Positions 37,977 to 47,263 of a stretch of 64,000 nt of DNA are shown here, in pieces. Positions within the stretch are counted from its first letter, which is position 1. Each line of letters opens with the position of its first letter. A program made the translations under genes and the position numbers. The DNA is from Candidatus Nomurabacteria bacterium. Its GTDB lineage: Bacteria > Patescibacteriota > Minisyncoccia > Phycocordibacterales > UBA918. The notes under the pieces were generated by a model. The model did no database searches. It worked only from the letters and a program-made list of their open reading frames with translations, and was not told the DNA's origin. Location of the stretch: NCBI GenBank assembly GCA_020632035.1, contig JACKGG010000003.1:36534-100533 (forward strand), given 5' to 3'.

Positions 37977-38732
37977 CTACTTGCTAAGTAAAATATTTAA
38001 GTCTTTTAAGCCCACTTCCCCATCTAAATTAAAATCGTACCTAGGATCATAGCCCGCCATGTTTAACATGAAAATACTTATATCAACCAGGTTCTGCTCA
38101 CCATCCCCATTTAAATCTGTGTTAGGTACTTCTTTCGCTACTCTGTAGCTAGTTATTTGGTTACGCTGTGTGCCTGCTGGAACATTTGCTTGAGTATTAG
38201 TAATGGTAAAGATTGCGTCGTTAGTAGCCGCTAGTTCAACATCGGTACCCAAGCCGTCGTGGAGCAGTATACGGGGATTATTGATCGAGATAACTCCCTT
38301 TCCGGTGTTAATGGTTTCAAAAGTGACTCTTATTAAAGTATCAATGCCTTTAAATCCGCCTGTTTTTGTAGTACCGCCACCAAAGGTCAAAGTTCCTTCA
38401 CCATTGCTATACCACGGCAACTCAGCCCATAAGTCTGCGATTGAGGTGTTGTAGTCAATCAATTTAATTCTTAAAACAGTTGGATCAAAACGGAGCTCAC
38501 CAGCAAAAACATTAACTGGAGTTTTGGAGTCAACGACAATTTCAATATCAAAACTTTTATTTATTTCTACCACAGCATCAAGTGGCTCGATACGCATTTC
38601 AGAGACGGTAATCCTGTTAAGAGGTATCGTAGAAACCCCAAAAATAGCAATCAAAGCAATAAAAGCGCTTGCCAGCAACTGAACTGGAGCCACTGTTCCC
38701 TTCAGAAACTTTTTATTAGTATTTTTAAACAC
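37977..38732 (-). CDS. membrane-anchored cohesin-like domain protein with C-terminal dockerin-type repeats
   Basis: 251 aa. N-terminal TM. C-terminal duplicated Ca-binding 'DLNGDGEQN...DFNLDGEVG' dockerin repeats. Confidence 0.6.
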   Translation of the reverse strand: MFKNTNKKFLKGTVAPVQLLASAFIALIAIFGVSTIPLNRITVSEMRIEPLDAVVEINKSFDIEIVVDSKTPVNVFAGELRFDPTVLRIKLIDYNTSIADLWAELPWYSNGEGTLTFGGGTTKTGGFKGIDTLIRVTFETINTGKGVISINNPRILLHDGLGTDVELAATNDAIFTITNTQANVPAGTQRNQITSYRVAKEVPNTDLNGDGEQNLVDISIFMLNMAGYDPRYDFNLDGEVGLKDLNILLSK

Positions 38733-38826
38733 TTAAGTATTATACCGTGATACATGACTCGTTTACGACAAATGTATAACTTCTGTATAAACTAAGAACA
38801 AGAACACAACAACCAACATGAGTAAC

Positions 38827-38878
38827 TGTGGATAACCAGGTGGATAGGTGGATAAAGGACAATCCACAGGGATAAAGT
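38827..38878. promoter_or_regulatory. cluster of DnaA-box-like 9-mers (TGTGGATAA perfect; GGTGGATAG; GGTGGATAA; AATCCACAG) followed by an AT-rich stretch - candidate oriC/DnaA-regulated region
   Basis: Seen in sequence, in the divergent intergenic region 38733-39007. Confidence 0.4.
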
Positions 38879-38930
38879 AAATGTGTCCTTTATAAAATAG
38901 TGCTATAATTAAGCCTGCTTTCACCTACGC

Positions 38931-38961
38931 TTGACAATAAGTTTCACGTGAAACATATAAT
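38931..38961 (+). promoter_or_regulatory. promoter (TTGACA ... TATAAT) whose spacer is a 14-bp perfect palindrome GTTTCACGTGAAAC (operator-like)
   Basis: ttgacaataaGTTTCACGTGAAACatataat. CACGTGAAAC-like half-sites recur at 39205, 39345 and 39447. Confidence 0.45.
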
Positions 38962-39007
38962 GACGTTACACATGAAACAGACAGAGAAAAAAGGTAAAAA
39001 GAATCAA

Positions 39008-39397
39008 ATGGGAGCTTATGGTGAAGAAATTGCTGTAAAGTACTTAAAAAGGAAAGGTTTTGCGATTTTAGGAGTAAATTACTTCAAAAAATGGGGAGAA
39101 ATAGACATCGTTGCACGTGAAACTGTTAAAAATAAGCAAAAGATAAGGTTTGTAGAGGTTAAGACTGTTTCATATGAAACAAAACGCCATTTGGAGCAAC
39201 CTATTTCACGTGGAACTTGGCGTCCAGAGGAAAATGTTCACTACGCCAAGATCCAAAGACTTAATCGAGCTATAGAGAGTTGGATTATGGAAAATAATTA
39301 CGACGGAGAGTGGGAAATTGACGTTATTGCCGTTAGAATAGTTCCACGTGAAAAATATGCGACAGTTAAGTATTTGCAAAATGTTATATTTGATTAA
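39008..39397 (+). CDS. YraN/UPF0102-family putative endonuclease
   Basis: 'GEEIAVKYLKRKGFAILGVNY...GEIDIVARE'. The listed ORF starts at 38948, but that ATG lies inside the promoter/operator, so start 39008 (129 aa) is preferred. Confidence 0.6.
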   Translation: MGAYGEEIAVKYLKRKGFAILGVNYFKKWGEIDIVARETVKNKQKIRFVEVKTVSYETKRHLEQPISRGTWRPEENVHYAKIQRLNRAIESWIMENNYDGEWEIDVIAVRIVPREKYATVKYLQNVIFD

Positions 39398-39622
39398 ATA
39401 AGAGTATTTCCGAAGTTTCATGTGTAACAGTAGGGAAGTGTGCCACGTGAAACATTATAATTAATCTTGTGTGGTGTTTAAATAAAACAAAAGCTTCTCG
39501 ATAGCATCGAGAAGCTTTTGTTTTTGACAGAGGCTAAGAATTAGCTAGTATCACATCTTTTCTAAGTGCCAACAAACTTTTGGCTTGTTGATAAATTCTT
39601 TCAATTTCCATTTCGAGCTACG

Positions 39623-39693
39623 TCGGGGAGCCGGGAATCGAACCCGGACCACTCGGTCCCAAACCGAACACACTACCACTATGCTACACCCCG
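39623..39693 (-). tRNA. tRNA-Pro (anticodon TGG)
   Basis: Hand-folded. Anticodon stem TTCGG/CCGAG, loop TTTGGGA. T-arm CCGGG-TTCGATT-CCCGG. D-stem with two G-U pairs. One U-U mismatch in the acceptor stem. Confidence 0.65.
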
Positions 39694-39904
39694 ACGTAAC
39701 CAAAAATATGAAAATTGAAAGAACAGACCCCAAACCCAACTCGCTATCATTGTGACTGAATGATCAGAGTTGTACTGAAGGCACAACTATGTCGCTCGCT
39801 AATGCACACAAAAAATCTATTTGAGTCCGCAAAATATAACATCTCCTGTAAAAAATTGCGAGCAAATATTCTGTGATGTTATACTTGCACTGTAATTGTA
39901 TTAC

Positions 39905-40828
39905 ATGATCACCTACTACTTTCGGACAGTTAAAGATAGTGAACTAAAACAGATTTCGGAGATTCGAAATGGGGTATGGATTCATGTTGAGTCACCAACC
40001 AAGGAAGAGTTGGAAACCCTTACTACTAGGCTTCTACTTGATAAGAACATACTGGAAGACGCGGAAGACTTTTTTGAAGTGCCAAGAATGGAGCGGTCGG
40101 GAAGTGCTACGTACTTTTTCACTAGGTATCCATTTAATGAACAACAAGAAGATATTGATACTGCACCATTACTCATTGTGATGGAAGAAGCTTTTGTGAT
40201 GACTATTGCTCAGCGGCCGGTGCCACAATTTGAATCTTTCATTAGTGGTAAAGATATTATATACACTACCCAAAAGACCAAGTTATTTATTCAGATGATG
40301 GAAAGGGTCACTGAATCATTTGAGAAACAACTTATTTCTCTTAGGCGCGCAGTGCACAGAGATCGAGTAAAGTTGCGCAAAATTAGTAATCAGGAAATCG
40401 TTCGTTTTGTAAATCACGAACACAAATTAAATGATATGGTGGCGGCGGTTTTGCCAACCAACATTGCTTTGCAACAAATTAAGAACGGGCACCACATTCA
40501 AGTTTTTGATGATGATAAAGAGTTGTTGGAAGACTTAAGAATCGATAACGACCAGGTGGTTGATTCGGCTCGGTTACTCTTAAAGACTATTCAGAATGTC
40601 CGCAATGCTTCGGAGGCCATATTGACCAACAATCTAAACAGTCGTATTAAAACACTGACTGTATTAACCATTTTGCTCACCATACCAACTGTGATTTCTT
40701 CACTTTACGGGATGAATGTACCTTTGCCATTTGCAGATGCGCCGTACGCTTTTGAATTTGTAGTGGGGGTGGTGGTTTTGGCGGTTGGCCTTATGGTCTG
40801 GTACTTTAAGCGTAATGAGTGGTTTTAG
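39905..40828 (+). CDS. corA: CorA-family Mg2+/Co2+ transporter
   Basis: 'YGMNVPLPF' (GMN motif) plus two C-terminal TM helices. The listed ORF starts at TTG 39896. The first ATG is 39905. Confidence 0.8.
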   Translation: MITYYFRTVKDSELKQISEIRNGVWIHVESPTKEELETLTTRLLLDKNILEDAEDFFEVPRMERSGSATYFFTRYPFNEQQEDIDTAPLLIVMEEAFVMTIAQRPVPQFESFISGKDIIYTTQKTKLFIQMMERVTESFEKQLISLRRAVHRDRVKLRKISNQEIVRFVNHEHKLNDMVAAVLPTNIALQQIKNGHHIQVFDDDKELLEDLRIDNDQVVDSARLLLKTIQNVRNASEAILTNNLNSRIKTLTVLTILLTIPTVISSLYGMNVPLPFADAPYAFEFVVGVVVLAVGLMVWYFKRNEWF

Positions 40829-41454
40829 TTAAACCTATTATGAAACAACAAGTTTTTTACATTCATGGGGGTAACGCTTTTTCAGATTATCAGGATTATA
40901 TAAGTTATTTGAAAACTCGAGAAATTAGAGATCTTCCTAGTTCCGAACGAACAAAGAAATGGAGCAGTACTTTGGCTGAAGATCTGGGTGAGAATTTCGA
41001 AGTGTTTACTCCAGCGATGCCTAATAAGCAAAGTGCTAAATATCAAGAATGGAAAATCTGGTTTGAAAGACACTTTGAATATTTAAGTGATAATTTGATT
41101 TTGATTGGTGGGTCACTTGGTGGTTATTTTTTGGCAAAATATTTAGTTGAAAATGATTTGCCTTTTAAACTAAAAACTTTAATTTTTTTGGCGGCTCCGT
41201 TTAGGAATGAAGATTTTGGAGGTGAAGATGGCGGGGATTTCGCTTTTGATACGAATATGATTGGAGAATTAGCAAAGAAGGCAGAAAATATATCATTTTT
41301 TCACTCAAAAGATGATCCTGTGGTGCCCTATGAACATGCGTTGATGTATAAAAAAGCATTACCAGAAGCTGGATTAGTGACTTTTGAGGACAAAAACCAC
41401 TTTTTAATCGAGGAATTTCCGGAGTTGTTAAATAGTATTAGAAAATTATCATAA
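40819..41454 (+). CDS. alpha/beta-hydrolase (YdeN/RBBP9-like serine hydrolase)
   Basis: 211 aa. 'LIGGSLGG' nucleophile elbow. Confidence 0.65.
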   Translation: MVLVKPIMKQQVFYIHGGNAFSDYQDYISYLKTREIRDLPSSERTKKWSSTLAEDLGENFEVFTPAMPNKQSAKYQEWKIWFERHFEYLSDNLILIGGSLGGYFLAKYLVENDLPFKLKTLIFLAAPFRNEDFGGEDGGDFAFDTNMIGELAKKAENISFFHSKDDPVVPYEHALMYKKALPEAGLVTFEDKNHFLIEEFPELLNSIRKLS

Positions 41455-41773
41455 AACCCAAACCATGATGTGGTTCGGGTCTTTGCTAGGTAAGGTAATC
41501 AAGCCTTATTTTCAAATGGTTTTCCAATGTAGTTGGGGGGGACTTCTCCCTTTCTACACTCAAAAATTACATGAGTGTCTATTACCATTACTTTTACACC
41601 TTGGTTAAAGCCATAAGAAATGCATCCAAGACAGACAAAAACAAAAAGAAGTAATTTTAGAATTGGTTTTAAGATTTTCACTAGAAATCTCCAAGGAACA
41701 TGAATTTATCAAACTATCACATACTATATTCAATTTGTAAAGGATTGGGTAGTGAGTTCATAATATATGTACT

Positions 41774-42418
41774 GTGAAAGAATGTGCTGTTTCGTCCGTC
41801 TACGTATATAATGGTTCTTACATGGCGGGAAAGGAAACTACTGACAACGTAAGTGACCACGAAACGCGTTTTTTGAAAGCTTTCGAGGAGTATAACGATG
41901 CCTTATTTAGGCATGCGTTAATTCGAGTGAGTAATCGCGAAAAAGCCATTGATATAGTACACGACACTTTTACCAAAGTATGGTCATACCTTAGAGATGG
42001 TTATGAGATAGACTCTTTTCGTCCATTTTTATACAAAGTTCTCAATAATTTAATTATTGATGAATACCGTAAACGAAAAGAAGCGTCCTTGGACGCCCTC
42101 ATGGAAATGGAAGGAGTTGATGAGGGTTCGTTTGACGAACTTTCGGAAAGCACAGTTGAGGTCCTGGCGGCTACAATTGATGGTAAAAAAGCCTTTGATT
42201 TGCTTGAGGAGCTACCAGATCAATACCGCGAAGTAATTATTCTTAGGTTTGTCGATCAACTCGGACCCAAGGAAATCAGTGAGCTGGTGGAGGAAACGGA
42301 GAATATAGTCTCGGTTAGGATCCATCGGGGATTAAAGATACTCAGACAGAAGATAGAAGCTAAGGACGAATACGCCGAAGAAAGAAGAAAAGCAAAACAA
42401 AAACATGAAAAGATTTAG
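41774..42418 (+). CDS. ECF-type sigma-70 family RNA polymerase sigma factor
   Basis: Region 2 'IDIVHDTFTKVWSYL'. Region 4 'YREVIILRFVDQLGPKEISELVEETENIVSVRIHRGLKIL'. Confidence 0.8.
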   Translation: MKECAVSSVYVYNGSYMAGKETTDNVSDHETRFLKAFEEYNDALFRHALIRVSNREKAIDIVHDTFTKVWSYLRDGYEIDSFRPFLYKVLNNLIIDEYRKRKEASLDALMEMEGVDEGSFDELSESTVEVLAATIDGKKAFDLLEELPDQYREVIILRFVDQLGPKEISELVEETENIVSVRIHRGLKILRQKIEAKDEYAEERRKAKQKHEKI

Positions 42419-43826
42419 CGAACAACTTAAGATTAAGGCCGAATCCGTAAAACTACGGGCGGCTGAAAAGCGGGAGCTGCGAGAGCGGGTTGTTTCGTAT
42501 ATGGAGTATCATCCATTACCTGCTGAAATGAAGGCCATTAAAACACCAGCTAAAATTGTTACTAACAAACAATTGGCTGAACCTTTTACTTCTTTTCAGA
42601 TTCCTTTTATTTCAATATTTAAATACTCAGCTTTTACAGCAGTTTTGCTACTACTAGTGGTTCCTTTTGTGGCGGAAAAAGCTGTCCCGGGAGATGCTCT
42701 CTATGCTGTGAAGGTTCAGTTCAACGAAGAGCTACGAAGTACTCTTACTTTTGATACTTACCAAAAAGTCGAATGGGAAACCGAACGACTAAACCGTCGT
42801 ATTGCTGAAGCTCGTTTATTAGCCAGTGAAGGCCGCCTAACCGAAGCAGCTGGAGCAGACGTGGCAGAAGCGGTGCGAGTACACTCAGCCAACGCCCAGC
42901 GCGAAATCGCTGAACTCAGGATTGAGGATGAAGATGCTGCTACCATTGCTTCAATTACGCTTGATTCTACTCTTGAATTACAATCAGACTCACTGAGGGG
43001 GGAAGATGAGCTGGCTCTTGTTGACGGTAAGACACTTTTGACCGACAGGCCAACCAACCTTATTGCTAGTGCAATCGATGAAGCCAGAACACCAAAAGAA
43101 GATGAGGCTTTGTCTACTTCTACACCACCTGCCTACGGCAAACTTATTGCTAGGGTAGAGCAGAACACCACCAGAATTTATGAACTTTTGTCTGCCTTAG
43201 AAGGAGTGGCCCCGGCCAAAGATTTGGTTGAAGTCACTAGACGAGCGGAGGATATCAACCGAGCTATTGAAGAGGCTGTAAATCTGTATACCACTGATGA
43301 AGCTGAAGCTAGAGTTCGACTAGTAACAGTCTTACAGCGCACCCAACGCCTGATTACCTACATGACTGAGTTGGAGGTAATAAAAACTATCGACATCGAA
43401 ACACTTATTCCTGTTGTTTTAACTGAAAGCGAACAAGATGCTCAAAAATCGTTGCTTACTGAAGAATTGACTCAAAAACTAAATTTGATTGAAGGTCTGG
43501 AAAATCGAGTTAGTGATCCAGAGGTGAGGGCTAAGGTAAGGTTTGGTATAGCAGAGATAGATAATATTTTGATTGCCATGAGCCAGTCCACCACTAGCTT
43601 AGAAGTCTTCAAAGAAGTTGCTCAAAGTGGCATGGACTTGGCCGATGATTCACTCCTGTTGCTTGAGCAGTTTGTAGATCTGTCGCAAGTAACTAAGGAT
43701 GATAAGGGGACGTCGACTACTCCAGTTGATGAAACGGAAGAAGTTTTAATAGAAGATCTTGTCAGCACTTCATCAGACGAAACGGTTTTACCCCTTACCC
43801 CTACTGATGTCGTTGACAGTCTCTAA
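42405..43826 (+). CDS. putative anti-sigma factor (single TM, DUF5667-like), translationally coupled to the sigma gene
   Basis: 473 aa. 14-bp overlap with the sigma gene. TM 'FTAVLLLLVVPFVA'. Long helical, acidic extracytoplasmic domain. Confidence 0.5.
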   Translation: MKRFSEQLKIKAESVKLRAAEKRELRERVVSYMEYHPLPAEMKAIKTPAKIVTNKQLAEPFTSFQIPFISIFKYSAFTAVLLLLVVPFVAEKAVPGDALYAVKVQFNEELRSTLTFDTYQKVEWETERLNRRIAEARLLASEGRLTEAAGADVAEAVRVHSANAQREIAELRIEDEDAATIASITLDSTLELQSDSLRGEDELALVDGKTLLTDRPTNLIASAIDEARTPKEDEALSTSTPPAYGKLIARVEQNTTRIYELLSALEGVAPAKDLVEVTRRAEDINRAIEEAVNLYTTDEAEARVRLVTVLQRTQRLITYMTELEVIKTIDIETLIPVVLTESEQDAQKSLLTEELTQKLNLIEGLENRVSDPEVRAKVRFGIAEIDNILIAMSQSTTSLEVFKEVAQSGMDLADDSLLLLEQFVDLSQVTKDDKGTSTTPVDETEEVLIEDLVSTSSDETVLPLTPTDVVDSL

Positions 43827-43968
43827 TATTCGCTTATACTGAATTTATGCAAGTTGCAAAAACCATAGCCGTACAAATAAACAATTCAAACTATATCTGG
43901 TTTGTTTGGTTTACTTTTGTGTTTTTCGCTTTCAGCGGATTGGTTGGGGTATAAGCATAAAATATATC

Positions 43969-43998
43969 TAAACCGGCCCGCGAAAGCGGGCCGGTTTT
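43969..43998 (+). terminator. GC-rich hairpin terminator
   Basis: aaaccggcccgcgaaagcgggccggttttgtttt. Confidence 0.65.
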
Positions 43999-44006
43999 GT
44001 TTTGTC

Positions 44007-44062
44007 TGCTTGGGTAGCCGGCCGGAAAATGAAAGTTTTCATTTTCCGGCCGGCTACCCAAG
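44007..44062. repeat. 56-bp near-perfect palindrome (27-bp arms)
   Basis: gcttgggtagccggccggaaaatgaaa-gt-tttcattttccggccggctacccaagc. It generates the mirror pseudo-ORFs 43891-44109 (-) and 43902-44093 (+). Confidence 0.8.
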
Positions 44063-44129
44063 CCGAAGCAGGGCCCAGTTTGGGATAGCCTGAAATGTTC
44101 GTTAAACAAATTAAATTAGGAGTGAAAAG

Positions 44130-44831
44130 ATGGAAATAATTACCGGTGAAGCAGCTTACCAGGCCTGTCTAAATGGGCTGTCTGGTATTAGGAACGGCAG
44201 TGTTGGCTTTTCTAAAAGGCTACAAGAAACCCTTTCAATGAATCTGATTAACAGCATGGCGCGGTCTAATAGTGGTATCTTGCCACCAGCAATAATAATT
44301 AATAATCGTTCAGATCAGGCCGGCCCGACCATGTCGCCAGAGTATGTTTGGGGGGCCTTTGGTTATCAGCCAGGAAGACTGAAGACAACTGAAGCGCGCG
44401 CTAGTAAATCAAGGTACCAGGATCTTGCAGGACTTAGGAAGCTCATGTTTTCTGATTTCTGGAGGAAACAAAAAGAGTATGTCGTTGAAAAGGAAGTTGG
44501 AACTGTCGATGTCTGTATGAATTACTATACAGATGGCAAAAACTCATACTTTCTTTTTGTTTCTGAGAGAGATAAAAATAGAGGTGTCAATTTTCAGGTC
44601 TGTCACGACATATATTGTCAAGATTTAACTGATAATTTTGCTAAAATAATACCAGTATTCAATGAATCAGGTTTCTTTGAATACTGGTTAAGGTGCGACC
44701 CGGCAAATAGGGAAGCCTGGATTATCGGTTGTAAACCCATCGTGACGACATTTGTTTATCAATGGTGTGCAAATATTGAAAATCTTTCGAGTGATGACGT
44801 TCCGTCAGGCCACCTGCAGCTAACAGGCTGA
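44130..44831 (+). CDS. hypothetical protein
   Basis: 233 aa. No recognisable motif. Confidence 0.55.
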   Translation: MEIITGEAAYQACLNGLSGIRNGSVGFSKRLQETLSMNLINSMARSNSGILPPAIIINNRSDQAGPTMSPEYVWGAFGYQPGRLKTTEARASKSRYQDLAGLRKLMFSDFWRKQKEYVVEKEVGTVDVCMNYYTDGKNSYFLFVSERDKNRGVNFQVCHDIYCQDLTDNFAKIIPVFNESGFFEYWLRCDPANREAWIIGCKPIVTTFVYQWCANIENLSSDDVPSGHLQLTG

Positions 44832-44975
44832 GGATGTTCATCCCTATCACTGTAATCCTAAGGCAGACCTAGGTCTGCCCCATTTCTCAGTTCAGAAGCG
44901 ATTGTTTCTTATTTGAGATTTGGGCCAAGCGGTTTAATTTGTTAGGATAACTTTATATTAGGTTAATTTACCGAC

Positions 44976-46085
44976 ATGTTTGATCAATTTTCTGCCAGTG
45001 CCATATCTGCTCTGTTACCAAATGTTATCTACACCGTGCCTTATTTCGGTATAGTAGATTTTCAGCGACCACTCTCAGCTGGTTTGGTTTTTGTATTACT
45101 TACTTTTGTATTTTGGTTTTTACGTAAAGTTATTCTCCATAGAGCCAGAGCGTTGGCTAGTAGGACTAAGGGTACCTTTGATGACTTGCTGGTTGACATA
45201 ATAGAGGGTGTGAGGGCTTGGGTATACACATTGATCGCCTTGTATGCCTCTTTGCAGTTTTTTACTTTTCCACCATCGGTAGAGAGCGTCAGTAAACTGG
45301 TGTTCTTGTTTGTGGTGGTTTGGCAAATCATTGAAGCTCTGACAAGTTTGGTAGATTACTTTGCTACTAGATTTTTAGAAAAAGATGAGGACGGAGACGG
45401 GAAGATAGACCCAAATACAGCCAATGCGTCGCACCTGGTGGCTTTGATTGCTAGAATTACGCTTTGGGTACTAGGAACTCTTTTTGTACTTTCAAACCTG
45501 GGTATCGAAGTAACCTCTCTTTTAGCTGGACTTGGTATCGGTGGCTTGGCGGTTGCTTTTGCTTTGCAGGGTGTTTTAAGCGATTTATTTGCCTCGTTTT
45601 CTATCTACTTCGATAAACCTTTTCGGATCGGAGACTTTATTGTGATCGGGACCGACTCCGGAACAGTGGAAAAAATTGGTATTAAATCTACCCGCATTCG
45701 GACATTACAGGGGGAGGAATTGGTTATCTCCAATGCAGAACTCACCACCGCCCGAGTGCAAAACTTCAAAAAAATGAAAGAACGAAGAGTGGTAACTAAA
45801 TTCGGTATTACTTATGAAACTTTCCAAGAGTTAGTTAAAGAGGTTCCAGCTATTGTTTCACGTATTTTTACTGCTCTTGAAGGTGGGCGGTTAGACAGAG
45901 TTCATTTCACCAGTTTTGGTGACTCCGCGCTTATATTTGAGGTAGTGTATTACGTAGAGTCTTCGGACTACACTCAGTATTTAAATATCCAACAAGGATT
46001 TAATTTTGATCTGATGAAGCAATTCTCTGAACTTGGTATTGAGTTTGCTTATCCTACTCAGACTATTTATACGAAGACTGTTTAG
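44976..46085 (+). CDS. small-conductance mechanosensitive channel MscS family
   Basis: 'FRIGDFIVIGTDSGTVEKIGIKSTRIRTLQGEELVISN'. Three or more TM helices. Confidence 0.85.
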   Translation: MFDQFSASAISALLPNVIYTVPYFGIVDFQRPLSAGLVFVLLTFVFWFLRKVILHRARALASRTKGTFDDLLVDIIEGVRAWVYTLIALYASLQFFTFPPSVESVSKLVFLFVVVWQIIEALTSLVDYFATRFLEKDEDGDGKIDPNTANASHLVALIARITLWVLGTLFVLSNLGIEVTSLLAGLGIGGLAVAFALQGVLSDLFASFSIYFDKPFRIGDFIVIGTDSGTVEKIGIKSTRIRTLQGEELVISNAELTTARVQNFKKMKERRVVTKFGITYETFQELVKEVPAIVSRIFTALEGGRLDRVHFTSFGDSALIFEVVYYVESSDYTQYLNIQQGFNFDLMKQFSELGIEFAYPTQTIYTKTV

Positions 46086-46144
46086 ATAGTCTCCAAGAAG
46101 AATTTTAGTGTTTGGGCCAGCCCAAACCGACTATCCCAAGAGAC

Positions 46145-47236
46145 TCAGTTGGACTGTTGCAAAATTGTTAGAAGAAAAGGGGCCATCGTGTCAGTAAATA
46201 TTTGCGAACGGAAGGCCAGATTACCACTGAGATTTCTTTCTAAATTAAAACCAGTTTCCTCTAAGATGGTTTGTTCAATATGTGAAAGCGTTATAGCGCG
46301 TAGACTACCTGTACCATCTATACTGTCATCGCCTCGAGTGACTATTATTCCGATTACATCACCTTGGTCGTTTAAGACGGGGCCACCAGAAGATCCTTCG
46401 GCGCCAACCTCACTACCTCTGATAGAAAATACATCAGCGTGGTTTGAGCCAAAGGTGTATAGCTCAGAGACAGTGGTGGTAGCCTTGTGGGGAATAAGGT
46501 CGGCGCTTGGTCCGTTGTCAAAGAGTGGTTGGGCCGGGTAGCCTGCAGCCAAGACGTAGTCGTTGCGGGTGGACAAGGGAAGCAGGTCTGTATCGTAGCC
46601 TAAAGCCGGAAACACTGCCGGCAGCGGGCTACCATCAACCCGTTCACTCACATACAACAGAGCGTAGTCTCGCTCACCCGTACCCATCGGTACATCTGCA
46701 CTTATTACCTTGGCGTTTTCTTGAATCCAAGCCGGAGGCAAGTACAGTAGTTCAGCTTGATATTCAGGCGCAGCCGGGTTACCAGCCCTGACGATGCACT
46801 TGGCGTCACCCAGCTCGTTGGCTTCTTCAAGTAGTAGGAACTGGGCTACATGAGCGTTAGTCATGATGACTCCATCCGGGTCAATAAAGAATCCTGAGCC
46901 AGTGGTTGTCCTTATGTATTCATCGGTAGTCAAGGTACAAAAGACATTCACTATGGCGTCGAAAGGATCTTTAGTAGTTGCTCCAAGGAGACCGGCACTT
47001 CCAACCACAGTGGCAGATTGGTATTTGGTGCTTCGGAGTAGAATGTCTGGTATGGCATGCTTGGCTAGGCCAGGTAGGGCTGATATAGACACATCAGGCT
47101 CGACAAACTCTGTTGTTTCTTCTGTAGGATAGACACTCTCAATATTTAAAAGGTCACTAATACCAGTCGCTAGGAAATTGGTAAAAGCCAGGTAACTACT
47201 TAAAATAGCGATCAGAATATCAGTCAAGACATGCAT
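46145..47236 (-). CDS. membrane-anchored trypsin-like serine protease (S1C-like, no PDZ)
   Basis: 'IMTNAHV' (His), 'GSSGGPVLNDQGDVIGI' (Ser). N-terminal TM. Confidence 0.8.
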   Translation of the reverse strand: MHVLTDILIAILSSYLAFTNFLATGISDLLNIESVYPTEETTEFVEPDVSISALPGLAKHAIPDILLRSTKYQSATVVGSAGLLGATTKDPFDAIVNVFCTLTTDEYIRTTTGSGFFIDPDGVIMTNAHVAQFLLLEEANELGDAKCIVRAGNPAAPEYQAELLYLPPAWIQENAKVISADVPMGTGERDYALLYVSERVDGSPLPAVFPALGYDTDLLPLSTRNDYVLAAGYPAQPLFDNGPSADLIPHKATTTVSELYTFGSNHADVFSIRGSEVGAEGSSGGPVLNDQGDVIGIIVTRGDDSIDGTGSLRAITLSHIEQTILEETGFNLERNLSGNLAFRSQIFTDTMAPFLLTILQQSN

Positions 47237-47263
47237 ATTGTATTGGAAAGTATACCATTGCGC

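Noticed and set aside
43891-44109. Overlapping mirror ORFs of 72 aa (-) and 63 aa (+)
   Set aside because: Artefacts of the 56-bp palindrome plus a terminator hairpin. The same peptide reads on both strands.
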